64,000 bases of DNA, from NCBI GenBank assembly GCA_963781585.1, contig CAWAGQ010000002.1, positions 96,001-160,000 of the forward strand. The letters run 5' to 3'. This document shows positions 55,075-64,000 of this stretch, piece after piece. Within the stretch, counting starts at the first letter, position 1. Each line of letters begins with the position of its first letter. Under the pieces are notes generated by a model. The model worked only from the letters and a program-made list of their open reading frames with translations. It had not been told where the DNA came from and made no database searches. A program made the translations under genes and the position numbers. The DNA comes from an uncultured Gemmatimonadaceae bacterium (GTDB lineage: Bacteria; Gemmatimonadota; Gemmatimonadetes; Gemmatimonadales; Gemmatimonadaceae).

Positions 55075-55208
55075 GTCTTCTCCTCGGATGGTGGACCTCT
55101 CGGCCGGAATATAAGGCACCGGCGGGCCCACCCGAATACACCGAAGCGGGTCGCGGGAGCCGCGGGCGCGACACGCCCACGACTCCGGCGAATGCGTCGA
55201 GGGAACTG

Positions 55209-56032
55209 CTAGCGCTTCCGGATGTCGACGCTTCCGTTCACCGTGTGAAGCTGCAGCGTGCGTCCCCCTTTGCCGATGGTCGCGCGGATGTGCCGCGGAT
55301 TGATCCGGCCATTGAGGGTCAGCGGGAAATCGGATCCGATCGACCCGTTCACCGTGGTGAGGTCGACGTCGGCGTCCACGCCGTCAGGCACGTACAGGGT
55401 GATCGACCCGTTCACGGTGCTGAAACGCTGGTCCCGGTCTCCGAGCGTGCCCATGCGCACCTCGACGTCGCCATTCACCGTCCCCGCGGTGACCGGGCCG
55501 CCTGACGACGTGGCCGTTACACGGCCGTTCACGGTGTGCGCGTCGACGTCCGAGGTCGCGCCGTCGATATCCAGCGCGCCATTGACCGAGCTCACGACGA
55601 GCTTCACCCCTTCCGGCAGGTGGACGGTGAACTCGACCGACACCTCGTCGTCACGGTGCGCCTGTTGTTTCCGTGCACGTCGTACCCGTCCTCGTCGCAG
55701 CTCGTATTGTCGTACCAGATCGCGCAGACGATGACGTCGCCGGCGGAACCCACCTGGCGCTCTTCGATCCGCACGTCAGGCGAATTGCTGTGGCGCCGCG
55801 TGTCGGATGACTGGCGCGAGTTGCCGCCGACCCACTTCACTCCTGTCACTTCGGCGCGGTCTCCCGATGCGCGGTCCACCTGGATCGGGCCATTGAGGTT
55901 GCGCACGTAGAGCCGCTGTCCCGCCGGGATGACGCCGGTCCAGTGGAACGTGGAGTCGGTGGCGCGTTCCTGAGCGCCGAGGATCGGTGCCGCCGCGATG
56001 AGCGCGGCGAGGATGACGGAAGAGGATTTCAC
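55209..56032 (-). CDS. DUF4097 beta-repeat secreted protein, frameshift near 55650
   Basis: Signal peptide; NLNGPI, SVNGAL and repeated TVNG motifs. Confidence 0.8.
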
Positions 56033-56045
56033 GGTAGTCTCCTGG

Positions 56046-57113
56046 TCAGCGCTGGCTGTCGCGGTGGAGCACGATGTCGCCGCTGAAGGTCTCGGCGACG
56101 ACGCGGGCATCACCGCCCGAGCCGAGGGTGAACTCGAGGCGCTGTCCGCGTTGCCGGTTTCCGGATGGCTGGAGGGTGATGGGGAAGCCGCCCGAGTCGA
56201 GGTCGCCGTTGAACGTGGCGACGCTGAACCGGGCGTTCACATTCGCCGGGATGTAGAGCGAGATGTCGCCGGAGTGCGAGTGAAAATCGTACTGGCCGCC
56301 GGACTCGATCGTCCCGTGGTATTCGACCTCGCCGCTGACGGTGGAGGCCGACGCGCTCCTGGTGCGTACGTTCCGGAACACCAGGTCGCCGCTGGTGGAG
56401 CCGAGCTGGATCGATCGTCCGTCCACGTCCTCGAGCCGGATCGTGCCGTTCACGGATCCGCCCTCGATGTCGCCGCTGAGGCGCGAGGCGTGGATGTCTC
56501 CGGACAGACTGTGGAGCCCCACGCGATCGATCGCATCGGTGACCTCGACCTCGCCGTTGATGGTGTTGGCGTCCACCGGGCCGTGGATGTCGGTCGCCGT
56601 GAGATCACCGGAGGTACTGCGAAGGACGACCCGCACGCCCTGCGGCACCGACAGCTCGTAGCGGGTGTCGCCGGTGCGGCCGCGAACGCTTTCGGTTTCG
56701 ATGGTGACGCGCGACGACGTGAGGCGCCAGCGAAGGCGTCCGCGCTCGGTCCGGGCGTTCACGCGCACCTGGTCGCGATTCCATCCGGTGACGACGATGT
56801 CGCCGGACACGCTGGTCAGGTCGATCACGCCGGTCCGGGAGAAGGCGAACGTGGTGTCGATCCGCTGGCCCCCGTCCTGGAGGTCGTGGTCGTGGAGGCG
56901 GTACGGCAGGTCGTGGTCGCCCACGCGATACGGCAGGTCGCGGAGCGCCAGGGCCACCGAGCGCATGGCCTGTTCCACGCTGCGCTCCACCGCGCGGCTG
57001 ATCCGCTCCGCCAGGCGGTCCAGGTTGCGCTCGGCGCCGGACTGGGCGGGCAGTGCGGGCGCGGTGGCGAGCGCGATCGCGGTGAGGGCGAGCAGAGCTC
57101 TGGTTCTGTTCAT
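56046..57113 (-). CDS. DUF4097 beta-repeat secreted protein
   Basis: Signal peptide; repeated S[TV]SGD / TING motifs. Confidence 0.85.
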   Translation of the reverse strand: MNRTRALLALTAIALATAPALPAQSGAERNLDRLAERISRAVERSVEQAMRSVALALRDLPYRVGDHDLPYRLHDHDLQDGGQRIDTTFAFSRTGVIDLTSVSGDIVVTGWNRDQVRVNARTERGRLRWRLTSSRVTIETESVRGRTGDTRYELSVPQGVRVVLRSTSGDLTATDIHGPVDANTINGEVEVTDAIDRVGLHSLSGDIHASRLSGDIEGGSVNGTIRLEDVDGRSIQLGSTSGDLVFRNVRTRSASASTVSGEVEYHGTIESGGQYDFHSHSGDISLYIPANVNARFSVATFNGDLDSGGFPITLQPSGNRQRGQRLEFTLGSGGDARVVAETFSGDIVLHRDSQR

Positions 57114-57126
57114 TGTCGGGAATTCG

Positions 57127-57924
57127 TCAGGCGCGCGGCGGCAGCAGGGCCACCGTGCGCAGGAGCCCGAGTTTCTTCTCGAGCACCTTGTTGAGTTGAT
57201 CGGTCAGGAACGCGCTGGCCGGATCACCGGCCAGCGCAGCGCGGGCGTCGTTGATCGCCCGGTCGATCGTCGCCAGGCTGTTCTCGACCACCGCGACCGT
57301 GCCCGGATCGAGATCCTGGCGTCGCACGTCGAGGATGCCGCGGAGCTGGCCGATGGCCTGATCATAAGTGACCGTGGCCGGGACCGGCGTGCGAGTGGCC
57401 GCGGGGATCATCGTGCCGCGCGCGCCCGCGCCGGACGGGGCGATGTCGGGCGAGAGGGGCGCGACGCCGGATCCGGCGGCCGCCAGCGGGCTGCCCACTG
57501 TGGTGTCACCGCCGGGGGCTCCGCGGCCAGCCGATGCGACGGGCGACTCCGGCGTGAGTCCTGAAGTTCGCGTCGCCATCAGATACGTCAGCGTCGCGGT
57601 GGCGGCGATGAGGGCCGCGGCGGCTACGCCCAGCCCAACCGAACGTGACACGCGGAACCGCGGACGCGTGCGCGGTTCGAGCACCATCACCGGCGCCGCG
57701 ATTCGTCCCGCGATGCCCTCCCACAAGTCGCGGGATGGCTCCAGCGCGGAAAGCGCGCCGGCGTCGCGCCGGATGCCCTGGAGATCGCGCACCAGCCCAG
57801 CGCACCGCAGGCACGCGCCGAGATGCGCGTCCACGGATGCACGTGCCGGCGCGTCCAGTTCGTCTTCGAGATAGCGCGCGAGCACGCTGTCGAGCTGCGC
57901 GCAGGTCATCGCGTTGTTGGTCAT
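57127..57924 (-). CDS. zinc-finger (ZAS/zf-HC2) transmembrane anti-sigma factor
   Basis: MTC...HLGACLRC, one TM helix, C-terminal helical domain. Confidence 0.88.
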   Translation of the reverse strand: MTNNAMTCAQLDSVLARYLEDELDAPARASVDAHLGACLRCAGLVRDLQGIRRDAGALSALEPSRDLWEGIAGRIAAPVMVLEPRTRPRFRVSRSVGLGVAAAALIAATATLTYLMATRTSGLTPESPVASAGRGAPGGDTTVGSPLAAAGSGVAPLSPDIAPSGAGARGTMIPAATRTPVPATVTYDQAIGQLRGILDVRRQDLDPGTVAVVENSLATIDRAINDARAALAGDPASAFLTDQLNKVLEKKLGLLRTVALLPPRA

Positions 57925-58490
57925 CGATCGAGTGCCTCCCTCAAGAGAAGCCGGGCACGATGCAGCTGCGCCTTGCTTCCGCCCGCGGTGATGCCGAGCA
58001 TCTCCGCGATTTCTTCATGCTTGTAGCCTTCCACGTCGTGCAGAACGAAGATGCGGCGCGCCCCCGGGGGCAGCAGCGCGATCGCCGCCTCGAGATCCAC
58101 TGCATCGCCCGGTGAGACCGGGGGCGACGCGATGGGAAATTCATTCTCGTCGTCCGAATCACCGGTGCCGAACCGGAGCCGCTGCCGTCCCTCCGCCTTC
58201 CTCGCGTTGAGCACCACGTTCACCGCCAGTCGGTGCAGCCAGGTCCCGAACGCGCTGTCGCCGCGAAACTGCTCCAGCTTCTGCCACGCCCGCACGAAGA
58301 CATCCTGCGTCAGCTCTTCGGCGAGCGCCCGGTCACCACTCATTCTGACGCAGAGCGAAAAGACCCGAGTCACGTTGCCGCGATACAGCCGCTCGAACGC
58401 CCGCCGGTCGCCGGCCGCAGCCAGCGCGACGTCGGACGCGTTGCGGTCGTCCTGGAGAAGATCGTTGTCGATTCTGATCGGCACCGTCAT
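57921..58490 (-). CDS. ECF RNA polymerase sigma factor
   Basis: AEELTQDVF, FGTWLHRLAVN, GYKHEEIAEML, SKAQLHRAR. Confidence 0.93.
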   Translation of the reverse strand: MTVPIRIDNDLLQDDRNASDVALAAAGDRRAFERLYRGNVTRVFSLCVRMSGDRALAEELTQDVFVRAWQKLEQFRGDSAFGTWLHRLAVNVVLNARKAEGRQRLRFGTGDSDDENEFPIASPPVSPGDAVDLEAAIALLPPGARRIFVLHDVEGYKHEEIAEMLGITAGGSKAQLHRARLLLREALDR

Positions 58491-58521
58491 GCGTTGGTCG
58501 GCCTTCAACGCTCGTGGAGTC

Positions 58522-58548
58522 AGATGGTTGGGCCGGCCAAAAGGTTTG
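58522..58548 (-). promoter_or_regulatory. candidate ECF-type autoregulatory promoter
   Basis: Minus strand CAAACC-16 nt-CATCT about 30 nt upstream of the sigma ATG. Confidence 0.35.
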
Positions 58549-58565
58549 AAGAGTGCGGTTCGGTT

Positions 58566-59255
58566 CTACGGCGCGCGCCAACGGAGCCGGCGCACCAGAC
58601 GCGGGAGTTCCGTCGCCGCGTCGAGCGCGTAGCGGGCTCCCGCGTCCTCGAGCACCTTACGGGGGAACGCGCCCCAGAGTGCCGCCACCGGCGTGACGCC
58701 GGCGGCGCGCCCCGCCGCCATGTCGTAGGGTGAATCGCCGACAAAGATGGCGTCACCGGCGGATGCGCCGAGTCGCTCCAGAGCCAGGAGGACCGGTTCG
58801 GGCTCGGGCTTGTGCCGCTCGGTGGCGTCGCAGCCGATGACCAGCGGGATGTCATCCTGCAACCCGACATGTGCGAGCGAGCGCCGCGCCAGCGGTGTCA
58901 TCTTGCTCGTCACCACCGCCATCGCGCACTGCTCGTTGGCGAGCACCCGAACCGTCTCCACGATTCCCGGATACGCGCTCGTCAGGCGGTCGTGGTGCGC
59001 GAGCTGGAACTCCCGGTAAGTGACGATGAGTTCCTCCATCTCCTCCGGGGTGGAGGCGTAGGGGCCGAACTGGTCTACCAGTGGACGCCCGATTCCGGCG
59101 GCGAATTCCGCGGTACTCGGCGCGGGGCCCGGTCGTGAGGCGAACGCGTGGCGTGCGGCGCTCAGAATGAGCTCGATGGAATCGACCAGGGTACCGTCAA
59201 GGTCGAAGAGGACGGCGAAGGGGCTGCGCTCGGGCATGAGGGGGGCGAAGGGCAT
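58566..59255 (-). CDS. HAD-superfamily phosphatase (PpaX/Gph-like)
   Basis: FDLDGTLVDS, VVTSK, KPEPEP, VGDSPYD. Confidence 0.92.
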   Translation of the reverse strand: MPFAPLMPERSPFAVLFDLDGTLVDSIELILSAARHAFASRPGPAPSTAEFAAGIGRPLVDQFGPYASTPEEMEELIVTYREFQLAHHDRLTSAYPGIVETVRVLANEQCAMAVVTSKMTPLARRSLAHVGLQDDIPLVIGCDATERHKPEPEPVLLALERLGASAGDAIFVGDSPYDMAAGRAAGVTPVAALWGAFPRKVLEDAGARYALDAATELPRLVRRLRWRAP

Positions 59256-59256
59256 G

Positions 59257-59284
59257 GGCCATAGGCCGTAGGCCACAGGCCATA
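59257..59284. repeat. 4-unit heptamer array abutting the HAD start codon
   Basis: GGCCATA GGCCGTA GGCCACA GGCCATA. Confidence 0.85.
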
Positions 59285-59387
59285 ACGTACAACCCGTGTC
59301 CTGCCTCGGGTGGCGCGGAACCGGCCAGCCTGCCAGATCCTCCTTGCCCGGCTCGACTGCCGCCATGTCCTGGCCCGCCGACTCCCG

Positions 59388-61781
59388 TCACGTTCGAACG
59401 AGGCAGACCAACGCAATCCCCGACCCGACCCTGTTCCCGCCCGATGTCGGCGTGCGTTCGCGCACGATGGGGTCGATCAGCGTAATGAACTCCTGGAGCG
59501 CCGCCTCTGCGCTGTCCGTGCCGGGCACGGTCGCGGCGCCGTTGGCCCACTCGCCGAGCATGCGCTCCGCCCCCGCGCCTCGGACGGCAACCACCAGATC
59601 CCGGCATCGCGCCGCCAATTCGGTCAAGCGCGCCCGCCGGTGCCGCGGCGCCTGCGCGCGCAACTCCGCGATGCGGCGCAGCGCGCGCAGGTGCTCGCGT
59701 GAGGGCGATTCCCTGACCGGCGCCGCGAGCGCGGCACCGCGCTCCTGATCCAGCCATCCGGCCAGCGCCGAGCGCGCGGCGCGTATTGCTGCCCCGGCGG
59801 CCCGAGGCACACCGCTGCGCCTCGCGGCATGCTGCACCTGGACGCGCGCAACGCCGACGCGGCGCGCGATCTCCAGCACCTCGCGTGGATGCTCGCTCAC
59901 GCCATCGGGCGATATGGCGAGGAGCCGAACGCGCGACCCGACACGCGCCAGCGCGAGGGCCTGCCAGGGCCGGTCGATCCAGTCGGCGGCGATCGCGGCA
60001 GCCTGTGCCTGCCAGTGGCCCGAAAGGGGCACGATCACGTGACACGGATTCGCTGGCCGAGTGGTGCCGATGGATGCGCCAGGCACGACGGCGGCTCCGT
60101 GGCAGGAAATCTCGAGCGCGCGCCCCGGCGCACGACGCCACGTGGCCAGCACCGAACGAAGCGCCTCGCTCCAGCCCGTCAGATCGCTCTGCGGTGGACG
60201 GCTCGTCCGACCGAGGCGTTGGCCGAAAAGCGGTTCCTGTGACGCCACCTCGCTGGCGCCGAGCAGAGATCCGATGACTCTCGCCTTTCGCTGCAGGGCG
60301 CGGATCACGGAGACGAGGGCGCGCGCCTGCACAGGCGGTCCGATCGCATACACGTGCACGAGCTCGTGCGCCGCGCCAAGCCGTCTGACGCGTCCCAGTC
60401 GCTGCTCGAGTCGCGCCATGGTCCACGGCATGTCGAGGTGCACCAGCACCGCGGCGCCGTGGAGGTTCAGCCCCTCGCTGAGCACGTCGGTGGAGATGAG
60501 GAGCGTGAGCGGTAATCTCCCGTTCGCACGCTCCGTGGCACCGCCGAATTGCCGGACGATCTCGGCGCGCGGAACGGCTCCCGATGCGATGCGTGCTCCG
60601 CGCGCCGTGACCAGTGCCACGGCACCAACACGCTCCATGGACCGGTACATCGCCCGTGCCGTCTCGGCGAATTGCGAAAAGGCGACAATACGCTCGCCCG
60701 GATGTCGCGCCCGCAGGCGGCGAAGGTGGGCGACGCGCGCCGCGTCGCCATCGACCGATGCATTCAGTACGCGGAGCGTCTCGCGGATCCCGTGCACGTG
60801 GGCGTCGATCGCGGCACGCACCGCGGCGGCATCGGCCACGGCTTGCTCGCGCGCCACCAGTTCCGGGAAGGCCAGCTGCATGGCATCATCGAACAGCGTC
60901 CAGGCGGTGAGTTCGCGACGGGTGGGGAATCGGCCCGCGTCGAGCGCCTGGCTCAGGGCCGCGGCTCGGTGGAGGCGCCGGCGCAGCGAAGCGCGAAGCG
61001 CCGCATCGGATGAGGTCCACGTGCGGATGAGGCCGAGGCGGATCAGCGCGGCGGCGGCACCGCTGTCGGCCGGCGGCACCGGCGGCGCGAGCTGCTGGAG
61101 CGCGCGCAACACCACGGGGGCAGCCGGGATGGGCAACCACCGCGGTCGCGACACCCGCGGCAGCGTCGCGCCACTGGTGAGCGCGCCGTGTCCGCGGCGG
61201 ACGATCAGCCGGGACAGCTGTGCCTCGCCTAACGTATGAGCGCGTGCGCCAAGGAAGAGCGCCAGCTGCCCGCGCAACTCGGCCGCACGGTTGTGGATCG
61301 GCGTCGCCGACAGGAGCAGCACACGGGCCCGCACGGCGAATCTCGCCAGCGCGTCATAGCGTTGTGTACGCGAATTCCGCACGTGATGGGCTTCGTCGAC
61401 GATGATGATCGCGTCGCGTGGTGCCGGCTCCGGGCGCTTCCGGCTCAGCGACTCGAAGGACAGGAAACGCCCCGCCAGCCCGCTGACGCCCAGGGCGTCG
61501 GCCCAGAGGCCGCGGAGCGATGCCGGGCCCACGACGAAGAACGCGTCGAACTCCCGGGCGACGGCGAGGGCGGTGTACGTCTTGCCCATCCCGACCTCGT
61601 CGGCCAGCATCGCGCCGCCGAAGTCGGCGATGATCTCGCGCAGCCTGGCGACGGCGTCGGTCTGGTGCGGGGCCAGCGTGATCGCGCCGAGCGAGGGCCG
61701 CGCGCGGGCATCGCCGAGCCAGGCGCGCGCCATGTGATCGAGCAGGGCGTCGGGATCGCACGACTTCAGCGCGTCATCCAT
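59388..61781 (-). CDS. SNF2-like SF2 helicase/translocase
   Basis: PHQ, ADEVGMGKT, DEAH, SATP, STDVLSEGLNL, EQRLGRVRR; start overlaps the MTase stop. Confidence 0.88.
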   Translation of the reverse strand: MDDALKSCDPDALLDHMARAWLGDARARPSLGAITLAPHQTDAVARLREIIADFGGAMLADEVGMGKTYTALAVAREFDAFFVVGPASLRGLWADALGVSGLAGRFLSFESLSRKRPEPAPRDAIIIVDEAHHVRNSRTQRYDALARFAVRARVLLLSATPIHNRAAELRGQLALFLGARAHTLGEAQLSRLIVRRGHGALTSGATLPRVSRPRWLPIPAAPVVLRALQQLAPPVPPADSGAAAALIRLGLIRTWTSSDAALRASLRRRLHRAAALSQALDAGRFPTRRELTAWTLFDDAMQLAFPELVAREQAVADAAAVRAAIDAHVHGIRETLRVLNASVDGDAARVAHLRRLRARHPGERIVAFSQFAETARAMYRSMERVGAVALVTARGARIASGAVPRAEIVRQFGGATERANGRLPLTLLISTDVLSEGLNLHGAAVLVHLDMPWTMARLEQRLGRVRRLGAAHELVHVYAIGPPVQARALVSVIRALQRKARVIGSLLGASEVASQEPLFGQRLGRTSRPPQSDLTGWSEALRSVLATWRRAPGRALEISCHGAAVVPGASIGTTRPANPCHVIVPLSGHWQAQAAAIAADWIDRPWQALALARVGSRVRLLAISPDGVSEHPREVLEIARRVGVARVQVQHAARRSGVPRAAGAAIRAARSALAGWLDQERGAALAAPVRESPSREHLRALRRIAELRAQAPRHRRARLTELAARCRDLVVAVRGAGAERMLGEWANGAATVPGTDSAEAALQEFITLIDPIVRERTPTSGGNRVGSGIALVCLVRT

Positions 61782-64000
61782 CCAAGGAGAGGTGCGACGG
61801 TCCCGAGTCGGAGTCGATACGTATCGAGCACCGCCTCCAGCAGCGCATTGCGGGAGGGCGGATCGCCGGAAACGCCACGCGCGCCCAGCGGCGCCAGCAG
61901 CGTGCGCGCGCGCTGCCAGTCGTCGGGAACCGGCAATCGCGCCACGGTCCAGGCGAAGAAGCGGTGATAGCCTCCGCGCGCGGGCTCGGCGATCGCGTTC
62001 AGCCAGGCCGCCGCCAGGGCCGAGTTCAACAGCGCCGCCAGCGCAAGCGCATCCTCCAGATCGCGGCAGGCGACCACGTAGCACGAGTTGATCGGCACCG
62101 TGCGATCCCCGGCAGCGAGGATGAGCGCCTGTGGGGCGCGGCCCACGTCCGCCCAGACGACTCGCGGGCGGTCGAACACGGCGCCGGCCGTTCTGAACAG
62201 CGACCACCAGGCCTTCCCATCACGCACGTCCGCGCGTTGCAGCAGCTGCCGGCGGTAGGGCAGCAGCCAGGCGCGCACCCCAGGTGGCAGGGAGCGCAGC
62301 ACGCGACCGTCCTCGCTGCACGGAAACAGGATGCTCCGGTCAGGCGTCGCGGCCGGGCGCCACGGTCGAACGTCTTCGCCGCGCAGCACTGGTCGAACCA
62401 GCTCGGCCTCCACTTCCCCGGTCCGCGTGCCGCTTCGCACCTCGGCGCGCCGACCCACGGCACCGACGCGATGAACCAGGAATGCCTCGTTGCACCCGCA
62501 CTTTACGCCAAGGGTCGGGTGGCCAATGCCGCTCTCCGTCAGCGGGACGCCGTGGTGCACCACCCGATCGAACGCCTGGCGCGCGTCAGGCGGGAGCACG
62601 AGCCAGGGTGCGCCGCGCGTGTCGTCCAGTGGGATGGAGCGCGTGGCGGCCTTCCACGAGACAGCCAGCGCACCGCGATGGACGGCCAGACGCACCTCGC
62701 GCGGGTGAGCCACCGGCCTCGGCTCCGCAACCCGCCGCGCCACGACGAGCGCCGGATACACGGCGGCATCGAAGACCGCCGGAGCCTCGCTCCAGTCCTC
62801 CAACACTTGAAGATCGTGACACTCGTGCAGCAGGCGACGCACGCCTCCTCCCGCCAGGGAGCGCCACAGTTTCGACGGGACCAGGAGCGAGATGGCGCCG
62901 TTCGGTCTGGTGAGGGAGACGCTGCGCTCCACGAACAGCGAGGCGAGATCGACCTGCGCCGCGAATCCGCGTCCGGCCCGCGCGTCGCGGGCGCCGGACT
63001 CCCAGGCCGCCTCCCGATAGACGAGGAACTCGCGCCGGAGTCGATCACGCGCATCGGGCGAAATGCGATGGAGTCGCACCCACGGCGGATTCCCGATGAC
63101 GATGTCGAACCCGCCTCGCGCCGCGACGTCGGGGAAGTGCGCGGCGAACGCGAAGGGAATCGCGCCTCCGGCGTCCACCGCGGCGAGTTGCCGGCGGATT
63201 TCGCGGACGCGCGCCCGCAGGATGGCCAGCGCGCGCCGCTCGCCGGCGAGCACCCCCCGTCGCGCACCGAAGAGGTCGCGCCCACGCGCTGCGGCGAGCA
63301 GCGATCGGCGCTCCTGGGCGATGCCCCCGAGGCGTCCTTCGAGCCAGGCACGCGTCTCGGCGCGTTCGACCCGATCAAGGGCGCGGGCCAGGGTCCGCTT
63401 GCTGCCCGCCGTGGCTCTCGCGTAGCGGGCGCGCAGGCGGGCAAGGGCGGCGCCACTGCGCGACACCCCCGATCCGACGGGTCGCGATCGCTTCGAGACC
63501 ATGGTGAAATCGCCGCCGGCCAGCGCGTCGCCGCACCGGATGTTGTGGTCGAGGTTGGGAAGGGGCGTCACGCGCAGCGGATCGGTCTCCTCGTAGTCGA
63601 TCACGACCGCCAGCCAGAGACGCAGCTCGCAGAGCCAGACCGCGATGGGATTCACGTCGACACCGAAGACGCTCTCCGTCAGAACAACCCGTCGCACGTG
63701 GTGGCGCTCACGCGCGTCGCCCGCGGCGCACCGCAGCGTCGTCAGGATCTCCAGGGCATGTACCAGCAGGGCGCCCGAGCCACACGCCGGATCGAGGATG
63801 CGAATCGTGGGCAGCACCGCGCGCAGCCTCGCGGCCACGTCGGCATCGGGTGGCTGCCCGCGCAAGGCCCGCGACAGCGCGTCGGCGCCAATGCCGCGCG
63901 CGTCGAGGCTGGCCTCCAGCGCCGCTTCGGTGATGCGTTCCACGAGCGGCTGGGGCGTGAAATACGCGCCGCTGCTCCGGCGTTCGCGTGACGCCATGAG
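61766..64000 (-). CDS. N6-adenine DNA methyltransferase, Eco57I/TaqI-like (type IIG-like); 5' end outside the window
   Basis: GAYFTP, LDPACGSG, FGVDVN, NIRCGDAL, FDIVIGNPPW, C-terminal TRD-like region. Confidence 0.9.
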   Translation of the reverse strand, partial: LMASRERRSSGAYFTPQPLVERITEAALEASLDARGIGADALSRALRGQPPDADVAARLRAVLPTIRILDPACGSGALLVHALEILTTLRCAAGDARERHHVRRVVLTESVFGVDVNPIAVWLCELRLWLAVVIDYEETDPLRVTPLPNLDHNIRCGDALAGGDFTMVSKRSRPVGSGVSRSGAALARLRARYARATAGSKRTLARALDRVERAETRAWLEGRLGGIAQERRSLLAAARGRDLFGARRGVLAGERRALAILRARVREIRRQLAAVDAGGAIPFAFAAHFPDVAARGGFDIVIGNPPWVRLHRISPDARDRLRREFLVYREAAWESGARDARAGRGFAAQVDLASLFVERSVSLTRPNGAISLLVPSKLWRSLAGGGVRRLLHECHDLQVLEDWSEAPAVFDAAVYPALVVARRVAEPRPVAHPREVRLAVHRGALAVSWKAATRSIPLDDTRGAPWLVLPPDARQAFDRVVHHGVPLTESGIGHPTLGVKCGCNEAFLVHRVGAVGRRAEVRSGTRTGEVEAELVRPVLRGEDVRPWRPAATPDRSILFPCSEDGRVLRSLPPGVRAWLLPYRRQLLQRADVRDGKAWWSLFRTAGAVFDRPRVVWADVGRAPQALILAAGDRTVPINSCYVVACRDLEDALALAALLNSALAAAWLNAIAEPARGGYHRFFAWTVARLPVPDDWQRARTLLAPLGARGVSGDPPSRNALLEAVLDTYRLRLGTVAPLLGWMTR

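Noticed and set aside
55132..55146. Second LexA-like CCGAA repeat upstream of the BI-1 gene
   Set aside because: The period is 9 bp rather than the 11 bp seen at 52361-52379.

Overview
High-GC (roughly 70% by eye) bacterial chromosome segment. Gene content and protein style suggest Gemmatimonadota, which is an inference. It is mostly housekeeping and envelope genes: Ada/Ogt, a BlaI-BlaR1(M56) pair with a clear promoter and operators, nadE, PBP1A, lon, two tandem Ser/Thr kinases, an eRF1-like (baeRF) gene with hsp20, an M16 peptidase pair, a DEAD-box helicase, pfkA and ispH. It also holds an XdhC/Moco-maturation cluster ending in a SufU-MocA fusion, an SOS mutagenesis cassette (radical SAM-imuA-imuB-dnaE2), an ECF sigma/anti-sigma/DUF4097 operon, and a type IIG-like N6 DNA methyltransferase coupled to an SNF2 helicase at the right edge. 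Four signals are missed by the ORF track. (1) The asymmetric heptamer CCTAACG/CGTTAGG occurs at least 26 times, mostly inside genes through rare TTA-Leu codons and stop codons. (2) A SelW/Rdx selenoprotein gene has an in-frame UGA and a SECIS-like hairpin. (3) A family of GGCCTWT heptamer arrays sits just upstream of start codons and is densest in the SOS cassette. (4) One DExH helicase appears to have a permuted motif Ia. About a dozen single-base frameshifts are present and many are probably assembly errors. No rRNA, tRNA, CRISPR array or transposase was recognised.
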